The position numbers were made by a program, and so were the translations under genes. Below the pieces are notes generated by a model, which saw only the letters and a list, made by a program, of their open reading frames with translations, had not been told where the DNA came from and searched no databases. DNA of 63,660 nucleotides, the filler included, from Folioceros fuciformis (taxonomy: Eukaryota): assembly GCA_049999805.1 (NCBI GenBank). It is 9 parts of 9 records of this genome, joined end to end, with 100 filler letters (N's around TTAATTAATTAA, not from the genome) between each part and the next. Parts side by side here need not be neighbours in the genome. Positions count along the whole stretch, not along the records: positions 1 to 17,697 come from JBNGIO010005218.1; positions 17,798 to 25,523 come from JBNGIO010005223.1; 7 more parts are not named here. One strand, given 5' to 3'. Every line of letters starts with the position of its first letter. The stretch's first letter is position 1. Below, piece by piece: positions 9,344-19,554 of this stretch.

Positions 9344-11941
9344 TCATGGTCGACCCTTACAACTGCAAGAACCAGCTGCAAATCGATGCACACGGTACCC
9401 ATCCCTTACGACAATGTCTCTCTGTTCAAGCCTTGACATGATCTCTGTGGAACTGTGGCAGTCACTGCACATGCGTAGGTTCTTCCTCACCACCAGAGGG
9501 GTCCCGCTCGGAGTGTTCAACAGACCAAATGCCAGCGCTAGCTTCTCTGCATGTCCACAAAGTACATCTTCCTTCTCCTTCTCACACATTGGCTTCAGCA
9601 CCAAGTTTGTGTGAGGTACGTGGCCTCCTTCCTGCTTAAGACGTGCATTCGTGCTCTGTACCTTAAGCGCAACGTCCTCTGTCCTTTCTCCAACCAAAAA
9701 TGTATGTACCTGTTTATGTACCTCAATGGTTGCCACTGCAGGTTTCTTCTTGGCTCCTGCTAGCGTTCTCAGTGTTTCAATCCTGTCTACATCGGTCCAC
9801 CTTCCTGCGTCTGCATAGACATTGGCCATGAGCACATAGGCAGGAGATTCCTGGGGGTTCAGCCTGACAATGCTTTCAAAACACCATATCGCCCTCTCTA
9901 CATCCCCGTGACTTTTGCAGGCATTCAGTAAGGACGTCAATGCCACAACATTACTTTCCCCCTCGCATGATAGTAGCACCTTCTCTGCCTCATCCAAATG
10001 ACCTGCACGCCCAAGAAGATCAATCATGCAAACGTAATGCTCTAGAGATGGTTTCATGCCATGCTGGTCAGCCATGGAATGGAAGTGTTTGAGGCCATCG
10101 TGGACAAGTCCCCCATGACTGCATGCTACTAAAACGCAAGTAAAAGTAGCATCATTAGGCTGAACACCGGCAACTAACATCTCCTCAAAACAAGCTAGAG
10201 CTTTGTGACCTTCATCACAAGTACCATACCCGGATATCAGGGCGGTCCATGTCACTACATCCTTCGTGGTCATGCTGTCAAAAACCTGGAGCGCATCTTT
10301 AAGTTGCCCACACTTTGCATACATGTCCACCAGGCAGTTGCCCAGCAGGACGTCATCCAGCAATTTTCGTTCCACAATCTGAGAGTGCAGCTGCCTGCCC
10401 TTCTGCAAGGCGCCAGTGCTTGCACACGCCTTCAAAAGGCAAGCAAAAGTAACAAGGTTACCCAGAATGACACCTTCTTGCTCCATTTGCTCATACACAA
10501 CAATTGCCTTTTGGCCGAGTCCATGCTGAGCATAGCCAGCAATCAGCGCAGTCCATGTCACCACATTCTTTGTGGCCATGCCGTCAAAAACCCGGCGTGC
10601 ATCTTTCAGTTCACCACATTTTGCATACATGTCCACCAGGCAGGTGCCCAAGACTACGTCATCCAGCAGTCCTCGTTCCACAATCTGTGAGTGCAGCTGC
10701 CTGCCCTTTTGCAAGGCATCGGCGCTTGCACAAGCTTTCAGAAGGCAAGAAAATATAAAATCGTCAGCCAGAATGAGGCCCTCCGCCTCCATTTGTTCAT
10801 ACACAACAAGTGCCTCATGTCCGAGCCCTAGCTGGGCATACCCAGCAATCAGGGCGGTCCATGTCACCACATCCTTCTTGACCATGCTGTCAAAAACCTG
10901 GCGTGCATCTTTCATTTCGCCACATTTCGCGTACATGTCCACCAGACAGTTGCTAACGAACAAGTTAGCAGGAATGCCACTGTGCAACACATCACTATGC
11001 ACTTCTCTGCCTGATTCCAAGTCGGAGGCAAATGCACAAGCTTGAAGGGCAGCCACAAAGGCGTGACCATTCGCCTTCACTCCTGACTTATGCATCTCGT
11101 GGTACAGTCGTATGGCCTCCTTAGGTTTCCCATGTTTAGCGTGTGCAGAGATGATGGAACCCCAAGTGATAACATCTGGTGTGCCTATCCTGGTGAACAC
11201 ATCCATGGCCTCCTGCAGCCTACCTCCACATGCATACATGCGCAAGATATGGTTCTGCAAGTATGCATCCGACTCGTACCCAAGTTTGACACTCAGATTA
11301 TGGACTCGACGCCCCACAACCGAATTCTTCTTGGCCGTACACAGTTTCAGCACAGTGCAAAACAAAGAGTGAGAAATAAGATAGTCTGTCTGCGCAAGAG
11401 TTTCTAGGGCCCCAACGGCCTCAGAGAGCCTCCCCTGCTGACATAACATGCTCACAGTTCCAGCTGTAACCATGCCCATTTCCCATCCAGCACTCCTGCC
11501 AGGCTCTGGCTTATCCAAAGAGCTGGAGTTGGAAGGAGAGGCAGCCACATGGCCCATCTGCATATCCAAGGAAACGAGCTGTTCATCAACCCAGGCTGGC
11601 TTAAACATGCTGTTTAACCACAGGACCTCTCCGGACCCCTTACGCCAGAAACCAGGCAATTGGGAGCTCTTCTTTTCTCGTTTGATGTCCCACCACATGG
11701 TCGGGTCCAAAAAAAACTGCTGCCACAGGTAAGTCTGCTTCTGGCAACGACCATCCGAGCACAACCCGTCCACATCCACACATTTTCCGGGAAATGGAAG
11801 CGCGGGGCTCCTTACACTGCTCCACCTAGAAGCCTGGTTTGCCAGACCAAAAATGAGGTGAACGGGAGCTCCCCGTAGAATCCCTGTACAAACACCAACT
11901 TGTTGAGTCCAGAACGGGTCAGGTTGCCATACTGTGGCCAT
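9344..11941 (-). CDS. PLS-class PPR protein with E and DYW:KP ('GRP' terminus) deaminase domain; candidate organellar RNA editing factor
   Basis: 865-aa ORF with repeated P-L-S motifs (LVDMYAKCG...DVVTWTALIAGY), E motifs, KKKPAVATIEV, zinc-binding HAEKLA and CSDCH, ending CSCKGRP*. Confidence 0.95.
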   Translation of the reverse strand: MATVWQPDPFWTQQVGVCTGILRGAPVHLIFGLANQASRWSSVRSPALPFPGKCVDVDGLCSDGRCQKQTYLWQQFFLDPTMWWDIKREKKSSQLPGFWRKGSGEVLWLNSMFKPAWVDEQLVSLDMQMGHVAASPSNSSSLDKPEPGRSAGWEMGMVTAGTVSMLCQQGRLSEAVGALETLAQTDYLISHSLFCTVLKLCTAKKNSVVGRRVHNLSVKLGYESDAYLQNHILRMYACGGRLQEAMDVFTRIGTPDVITWGSIISAHAKHGKPKEAIRLYHEMHKSGVKANGHAFVAALQACAFASDLESGREVHSDVLHSGIPANLFVSNCLVDMYAKCGEMKDARQVFDSMVKKDVVTWTALIAGYAQLGLGHEALVVYEQMEAEGLILADDFIFSCLLKACASADALQKGRQLHSQIVERGLLDDVVLGTCLVDMYAKCGELKDARRVFDGMATKNVVTWTALIAGYAQHGLGQKAIVVYEQMEQEGVILGNLVTFACLLKACASTGALQKGRQLHSQIVERKLLDDVLLGNCLVDMYAKCGQLKDALQVFDSMTTKDVVTWTALISGYGTCDEGHKALACFEEMLVAGVQPNDATFTCVLVACSHGGLVHDGLKHFHSMADQHGMKPSLEHYVCMIDLLGRAGHLDEAEKVLLSCEGESNVVALTSLLNACKSHGDVERAIWCFESIVRLNPQESPAYVLMANVYADAGRWTDVDRIETLRTLAGAKKKPAVATIEVHKQVHTFLVGERTEDVALKVQSTNARLKQEGGHVPHTNLVLKPMCEKEKEDVLCGHAEKLALAFGLLNTPSGTPLVVRKNLRMCSDCHSSTEIMSRLEQRDIVVRDGYRVHRFAAGSCSCKGRP

Positions 11942-12250
11942 CGTTCAAGCACCGCTGTCGGAAGCACCGATGAGTAGTATCGATGAGTCCAACAACAAAC
12001 TACGCATGGCAAGAATCCCAGGTACAGTGTACGACCACACCATGCTGACTGGCTCCGACGACCCGGCAACAGGCGAGCTTGAATGCAAACGGGACCACCT
12101 TGTTTCTCGTCTTCACATTGAAATTAAGGTCCAACGAACTTCGTGCACCCTAACGCCATTGTTGAGGTCGGGATTCAAAGAAGCGAAGGAAACAGTCCGG
12201 AGGTTGATTGACGAGCTTGAGGCCGCCCTGTGTGGAAGTATCTAAGCAAG

Positions 12251-12990
12251 ATGAATGCCCCGGACAGATATGAGCGGTTTGTGGTGCCCGAGGGCATGAA
12301 AAAGTGAGTGTTCGCCAGAAGCTGCTGAATTTGCTTCTCGTTCTGTTGTGTCCCAGACGTGTTGGCCTTGTGTCTGCAGAGTGAACTATGAAAGGGACAT
12401 GAAAATCATGAACGCGGCGACCTTTACTATCCAGAGGGAGGATCACACCATTGGCAACGTTGTTCGCATGTAAGCCCTTACGTGCGTTTCTCCAGTATGC
12501 AGGTCTAGGGTTCGGACGCTGAAGCTGACGTGCTTCTGTGGGGTGCGCAGGCAGTTGCACAGGGACCCTACCGTGTTGTTTGCTGGTTACAAGCTTCCCC
12601 ATCCTTTGCAGTACAAGATTTTAGTGAAGGTGTCGCCCCTGACTCTATGGCTTAGAGTGTTGAAGGGAATTTGGAGCCTCCATGGCGGGTATTGGGGTTG
12701 GTAACCTCAGCTCGCTTTTACTTGCAGATTCAAACAACCAGCCAGTCTTCGCCCATGCAGGCTTACAACCAGGCCGTTAATGACTTGGATAGGGAGCTTG
12801 AGCACCTGAAACGGGGTTTTGAGGTGCGCAGCCTGCTCTGCACTGGCAACTGATCGTGAGACTAGGATACATGTGCTATGCCTGTTGATCGTGATGGATA
12901 GACGATAGATACTTCACCAGTTCGTGTTGCGGTGTGGATCGGGAAAACATGCAGGCCGAGGTTGCCCAGAAGACTACGGATTACTACTGA
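12251..12990 (+). CDS. NRPB11: RNA polymerase II/IV/V subunit 11 (exons 12251-12303, 12380-12469, 12551-12629, 12728-12823, 12955-12990)
   Basis: Spliced product [117 protein letters not shown]; all introns GT-AG. Confidence 0.95.
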
Positions 12991-13539
12991 AAGGTGCGGA
13001 CAGCGATGCTCTTCACTGGAACCTAGGACAACTTTCCGTTCACAGGGTGCCATGGCGGCGTCCCGGATGCGCGTCGGAGGGAAAGCTGGCAGAAAATAAG
13101 TTGCGTACTGTCTTTGTTATCAGGAGTATATTTATTATACATATGCTTTTCTATATTTATTATATATATGCTTTTCTGATATACATATGTTCGCATACTG
13201 CCCATAAGTTATGACGTCGTTTAGAACCGACACCATGCCCTGACTTTTTTTTGCCGTGACTCCTTTTTTTTTTCCCATTCCGCCCAACGATGGCCATGAT
13301 TCTTTTTTTTCTTTTTTTGCCATACTTCTCCCCACGGAGGACATGAATCTTTTTCTTTTTCCCAATTCTCCATGAGTCTCTTTCTTTTTCCCAATTCCGC
13401 CTTACTGGGCCATGATTCCCTTTCTTTTCCTTAACTTAGCCCAATGCTAGTCATGCCTCTTGTGTTTTTCTCACTTCGCTGAGTGGGGATTTCGAAAGTT
13501 TTTTTCGTTCACAATATCCTGGTATAACATGGTATCACT

Positions 13540-15780
13540 TAGGTGGTAGATAACTACGAGTTCAATATGGAATAATCTACACTATCCTAAGTGTTGTATG
13601 CTCTTAATAGCAATTCAGTTAGAGCTTGATTTCTAACAAAATATTGTCTTGATGTCAAGTTGCATTAATTCATAGTCATGGTGAGATGTTAAAGCTACAA
13701 GAATCCTAAGTGAGGTTATCTTAAGTATATGACTAAAAGTTTCATTATAATCAAATCCGTACTTTTGAGAATATCCCTTTGCCACTAGTCTAGCTTTATA
13801 TCTTTCTATGCTACCATCTGCATTTAACTTAATTTTAAAAGTCCACTTAGAGCCTACTAATTTTCTATTCTTAGGTAGACTAGTTAGGGTCCAAGTCTTA
13901 TTAGCTTGTAGGGATTCTAATTCTAATTTAATTGCCTTTTTCCAGTGTTCCTTTTATGTGCATGTCATGTCTTTGTGATAATTGGCTGGAACAAATTGAT
14001 CTATGGCTGCATGGAGGCAATAGGCTAAAGTGTTCTTAGGGTCCCGCCAATTAGTGGGGGAATATCTATTAATTTTACTTGCATTATGTCTTTGAGGACG
14101 CCTGCCTCTTGTGTCAACGGGGTTGTCTTGTTGTGGAGTGTCCTCAATGTCCTCGTGAAGAGGATCTTCAACAGCTTAAGTATATGTAGGTTGAATGATG
14201 GAGTTAGGATCATTATTTAAATTCAAATACAATTTCCCATTTGCTTTTGGGGTCCTCGGTCGAGGGTGAGAGCCGGGCATCAAGTTGTGTGGCCGAGAGT
14301 CACCCCGTGTGTCTATCTCAAATGCTTGGTAGAAAATACTCGTATCTGCCGGTTCATGATGGCGGTGAGGGCACGCTCCCGAGGATGTGCCGCCGTTGTG
14401 CGGATCTGGATGGCTAATTGGTTGCTAGGTGTGTGCTCCTTGCCGTGTGTAGACGCGTGGGCCTGCTGCTGATGAATGTGTGCCTGCTGAGTGCCCTCCG
14501 TGCTGGAAATGTCGTTGGCTATCCTCATCCTGAAGCGCTTCGGGCCTGCTATTCCCCATGTCGATCGGAGCTGAAGATGCTAGAGGCCGAGGACGCTTCT
14601 ACAAGTGAGGAGGGGAGGAGCTCGTTGTCCATAAAATCGCCAAAGAAGATTGATGGAGTTGCTGCTGCAGGCTGAGGCAGAGGGCCGGGCTTTGGTGCAG
14701 GTGTGGCTGGTGGCACGGGCTGGGCAGGTGGCTGTGGTTGAGCCTGTTGGTGAGGAGCTAGGAGATTGGGTGGTTTGGACTCATCTTCGTCACTATCCTC
14801 AGGCTGTGCAGTGGTGTGGCTGGAGGATTCTCCCACTACAAGGTTGTCGGGCATGTCCTCAAGGAATGTTACATCTCGGGAATAGGTCAGTTTGTGTGTC
14901 TATGGATAGATGAGTTTATAGCCTTTAATGGCGTCAGTGAATCCCACAAATAGGTATTTGCTGGCCCTATCATCCAGCTTTGTTCGAACTGCTTTGGGTG
15001 TGTGTACGTAAACAGGTGAGCCGAAAACTCCGAGGGTAGAGAGATTTGGCCTGTGCCCCATCCAAGCTTCATATGTAGTACCTTGAGGTAGTGCTGTAGT
15101 GAGGGTCCTATTGATAATATACATAGCGTGTCCCATGGCCTCTGGTTAGTAACTTTTGGAAAGCTATGCGTGTATAAGCCTAGACAATCCACAATTCTGA
15201 ACTGTTCGGTTCATTCTCTCCGCCACTCCATTTTGGTGGGAGGTGTGCGGAGTGGTTACTTGACGATTGATCCTGTGTTCCCTACAGAATTGTTGGAATG
15301 GGCTAGAGCCATACTCGCTTCCTCCATCAGATTGTAAGCAAAGGATGGAGTCACCTGTTTGTTTTTCAGCCCATGTCTTGTAGTCTTTAAAGCATGTCAA
15401 TGCTTGGTTTTTTTGTTTGAGGAAATATTTGATAGTGAGCAAGCTCTGTCCTGAAAAAATAGGGGACAGAGCTGCCACAAGGTAGAGTGCAGCATAAAAT
15501 AGGGGTCATAGCCGCCACAAGGCGAAGAGCGGGCTAGTGAGCAAGCTGAGCATATGCCAAAATCTTCAACTCGGGTGAGTGATATGTCGTCAGCTGCTCT
15601 GGTCTTGAGCATGTTTCGCATCCGCTGCAGGTGCATGTGTCCCAATCTAGCGTGCCATAAGAAGGTCTGATTTTGTGAGTGGTTGTTGGTGTCTGCAGCT
15701 AGGGATGATGGTGGTGCCCAGGGTATAGCTACATCTAGATGGTACAAGTTGAAACGTGATGACAAGCAGGCCACTCAAGT
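13540..15780 (-). mobile_element. Degenerate Ty1/copia pol fragment (GAG-pre-integrase, integrase, RT start)
   Basis: LWHARLGH, LQSDGGSEY, HQNGVAERMNRT, RTKLDDRASKYLFVGF, and RT KARLVAKG-like sequence near 13.8 kb; frameshifted. Confidence 0.88.
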
Positions 15781-15789
15781 CATCCGCCA

Positions 15790-17697
15790 AGGAACCGAAG
15801 CTACCACGAAATAGGTAGCATGAACCCTACAAAACACTCGTGGTTTTAGCGAATACCCAACTGATACAAAATAATTAAACAGATACTAATTAAATAGATA
15901 AATGCCAGTATACAGGATATCCAGATAACTAAAAATTGTTATACCAGTAGAATCCCAAGAAGTAGGGCAGTTAGGCGGGCAAGCACAACCTTCTTGGCAC
16001 TGCTCACACACATGTATTTGTAGCGAATCCAAACATGAAGAGAACGTCCATTTTCCCAAAGCTGGAATCTAGAGCTACCCCGTAACATCTTTGGTATAAG
16101 AGCCTATGAGCTAGCCACCCTTAGATCTAGAATCAAAGTCGGCAGCCAGGATCTAGAGGCCAAGTTCGGAAGCACCTAGAGGTGGTAGCAGCAGCTTCCC
16201 AGCAACCATCACCAGCGACAGAGAACGGACCAACCAGGAGGAGGGCAGAAACCAGAAGGAGTCTTGGAAATTTCTCCAAGACAGGTAGCATGGACAATCG
16301 CGCCTTGACCCTAGCAGAGGAACCAGCAATCTCCAACGCAAGCGAGGAAGAAGACCCATTCAAAGGAATTGGAGAGAGGGTGTGCCGCTGCACACAACAG
16401 CACCTCCGCGATTCCTCAGGAGGCCATCTCCCCCTCGTTCCACCACCGGGGCCAGAAATCGCAGAAGTGCCGGCTCCCCAGGAGCGCCAGAGCCGGGAAC
16501 ACACTCGCCGCCTCCTGGCTCGAGAGGAGGTCGAGAATCGGTTGCAGAGGTTGGACCCCGAACCGGACGCTCCATGAATTCTTGCTGACTACGCCTCATA
16601 GTAGGTAAGCCGGCAACGTGGATGCCCGAGGAAGCACAGCACTCCAGCGGAATCACGCCACCCTCCTGCACAGAACACAATCGGTGAGCCAACCGGGAGT
16701 GAAGCAAATTGAACAGACACCTTGCAAAGAATGGAGGAAAGGACAGCCAACGTCAAACATACCTGCGACGAATTGCGCTCATCCTTGTCTCGACAAGACC
16801 AACAGCTGGCTAAGGTAGAGCGGGCTGTCGATTGGATCGAAGTCCAGTTGGGGGAGGGCCAAGCCCGATTGGATAGGCAGCTAGAGGGTGTGCTCCAGAC
16901 GCTGGAGCAACCAACACCCCTAGGCGCTCACCAGTTCCCACCCTCGGACGCTGAGGTGACCAGACCCGTACCATCGGTGGACGGGACACACCTCTCCACA
17001 CCTATGGATTTCCGGAAGACTATCAGGAGCAACCCGTCAAGACACAGGAAGGGGAGAAGAATGAAGGTACACCACCCTACCTTGTGCTGAGAGGGAATCC
17101 CACCTGGAGGATGGGGAGTTGAGGAAGAAACTCATCGTAGAACTCCAACCTGGCGAGGAACAGAACAAAGACATCAAAGCAATGGTGAGGCGTTTGCAGA
17201 TGATGAGATATGAGCATTGGGAGCGCCAACGAGGTCGATCGATAAGAGAAGCTCAATGGGGAGAAGAATACCCGTTCAAACCGAAGCCCCAGCTCGACAA
17301 GGAGTTACACCAGAAAATCAAGACCACAACGTTCGACGGAAGTGCCAAAGATGCTCAAAGTGTGCATGACTGGTTGGACAAACTCAACAAGTACCTTGTA
17401 GCCTCTGACAAAGACGATTTGCAAAAGATCCCGTTCTACGTGATATCGCTTGAAGGATATGCCTACCGTTGGTGGCGCTAGAGAGAAAAACAGGTGGACC
17501 TCGGCATGGAACCGCCTGTGTACTCCTGGCCAGTCCTCAAGTAGCTCTTCTTGGAACAGTTCCTACCAGTGAATCATCGCAGAGACTTGTATCAACAATT
17601 CCGAAAGATATTCCAACAAGGTAGTGTACAAGAGTAATGTGACAAGTTTCTCCAACTCACACTTGACATGCCCAGGCTGGATGAGGAGCAAAAGATC
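15790..17697 (+). mobile_element. 5' part of a Ty3/gypsy element: LTR end, PBS and decayed gag
   Basis: ...gtaaca followed by tRNA-Met PBS-like tggtataagagcc (~16092), then Retrotrans_gag-like FDGSAKDAQSVHDWLDKLNKYL...LEGYAYRWWR with stops; cut off by the linker. Confidence 0.75.
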
Positions 17698-17797
17698 NNN
17701 NNNNNNNNNNNNNNNNNNNNNNNNNNNNNNNNNNNNNNNNNTTAATTAATTAANNNNNNNNNNNNNNNNNNNNNNNNNNNNNNNNNNNNNNNNNNNN
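17698..17797. other. Artificial contig linker N44-TTAATTAATTAA-N44 (also at 25524-25623, 39386-39485, 44421-44520, 51173-51272, 55900-55999, 59708-59807, 62401-62500)
   Basis: Identical 100-bp cassette with stop codons in all six frames, repeated eight times. Confidence 0.97.
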
Positions 17798-18289
17798 TGA
17801 TCTGAATCATGGTTGTTTTTTTCTGAACGGTGTGGTGTGGATGGTGCGGTCGTGTGGTTGCTTCTGGTGGTGGACGGAGAAAGAGGTGGAGTGTTGGTGC
17901 AATGAGTGCGGGGATGGTGGATGAGGATTGACCTCGTGCCTGGTGTGCAGGTGGTGTGTCGAGGGCCGCGTGAGCGGCGGTGAGTCTGGTGCTTGTCCTG
18001 GGACGCGTAGATCGGGTGTATGAGGCGTCGCCTGGGTTGGATTTGGAAATGAGGAGCGAGTCCTCACAGAAGCAGCCGCAGCTCCAGCCCCAGTCCCAGC
18101 GTGGTTTGGTGGCCAAGTCGGGGGCNNNNNNNNNNNNNNNNNNNNNNNNNNNNNNNNNNNNNNNNNNNNNNNNNNNNNNNNNNNNNNNNNNNNNNNNNNN
18201 NNNNNNNNNNNNNNNNNNNNNNNNNGTCCCTGGCTCGCGCGACTGGAAGCCCCAGCAGTAGTGCTGGGAGCAGTAGCAAGTCGAGCTCG

Positions 18290-19162
18290 ATGGACAAGAA
18301 CGGTGCGAGGATGAGACATCCGACCGGAGGGGAGGACTCATTGATGGCGTCGGGGAAGGACGGATCTGGAAGTGTGTCCCCTTGCCTCGGAGGGAGACCG
18401 GGCATAGGCCGGTTCAGGCTGGATGACACTCCCAAGGCTTCTGGTGGACACGGACTTCTTGCGGCGTCGGAGTTTGGGGGAGAGGATGGTCTGGAGTGTC
18501 CTGTGTGCTGGGAGGCGTTTAATGATCAGGAGAATACTCCCTACGTCCTGTGGTGTGGACATACTCTGTGTAAGACGTGTGTGATGGGCCTTCGTTGGGC
18601 GGTCATCAAGCTCCCGGGCCTCTCTCTGCAGCTGCCTCTTTTCATTCAGTGCCCCTGGTGCCAGTTCCTGACTGCGCGGATGCAATGGAAAGGCTCTCTC
18701 AGGCTTCCCTGCAAGAACTACTTTGTTCTGTGGATAGTCGAGAGCGCCAAGGCAGGGAGTGTGAAGCAAAGACCTCATAGCCCTTCTGCCAATGTTTTCT
18801 CAAACGTGGCATTCACACCTTCCAGTCCAGCGGGGGCCTACTGTCATCATGGCCATCTTGACAACCTGCGACCTAGAAGATTGTTGCAAACTCAGGCACC
18901 TTCAGAGAATATGGAGGGAAGCCTAGATTGGGGATTGTTGCGACAATGGTGTGCCAGAATGGTGATGCTCTTTGTGCAGTTCACTGCCAAATTGCCTCTC
19001 GTTCTTCTGCTTTTGTTCATAGTGTTCTATGTGTTACCGTTTAGCAGTCTCGTGCTTGCCCTCTACTGTGTGATAACGGTAGTTTTTGCCGTTCCATGCT
19101 TCCTTATTGTTTACTTTTCTTATCCTAGTCTCAATTGGCTCGTGAGAGAGATTTTGACATGA
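18290..19162 (+). CDS. C3HC4-type RING E3 ligase with C-terminal transmembrane region (start uncertain; N gap upstream)
   Basis: ECPVCWEAFNDQENTPYVLWCGHTLCKTC...CPWC, LPCKNYFVLW and a hydrophobic C-terminus ending LNWLVREILT. Confidence 0.88.
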   Translation: MDKNGARMRHPTGGEDSLMASGKDGSGSVSPCLGGRPGIGRFRLDDTPKASGGHGLLAASEFGGEDGLECPVCWEAFNDQENTPYVLWCGHTLCKTCVMGLRWAVIKLPGLSLQLPLFIQCPWCQFLTARMQWKGSLRLPCKNYFVLWIVESAKAGSVKQRPHSPSANVFSNVAFTPSSPAGAYCHHGHLDNLRPRRLLQTQAPSENMEGSLDWGLLRQWCARMVMLFVQFTAKLPLVLLLLFIVFYVLPFSSLVLALYCVITVVFAVPCFLIVYFSYPSLNWLVREILT

Positions 19163-19554
19163 TGATGCCAGTTCTGCCCTGCAAGAACTCTTCCTAGGCA
19201 TGTAGCCAGTGTGCTTTCACCGAAAATCTACGTAGCTTTTGTATTCTTCCATTGTTGTTACGGCGTTGTATTGTATACTTGCTTCTGATCAACAGAGCAA
19301 AGTGACGCGCATCTCCAGGTTGGCAGGCTACCTCGACTGAGTGTCCGTGTCATTCTTTTTGCCATGTTTGTCTGCATTACTAGGTTGAAGTAGGTTTGAG
19401 GAGGGCCGTCCTTTTACTAGGCTGTCGTTTCTTCTTTTGTACACCTTCTTGTTATGTAACAACTAGGCATCTGAGAGATGCACTGTAATTTCAGTACAAG
19501 TCAATTTGTAGGAAGTCGCTTGTTGGACGTCCAGCAGTCGTGGAAATTTATGGG

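Noticed and set aside
17742-17753. Recurrent TTAATTAATTAA as a biological motif (e.g. piggyBac TTAA sites)
   Set aside because: Always centred in a fixed-length N cassette; it is an assembly linker.
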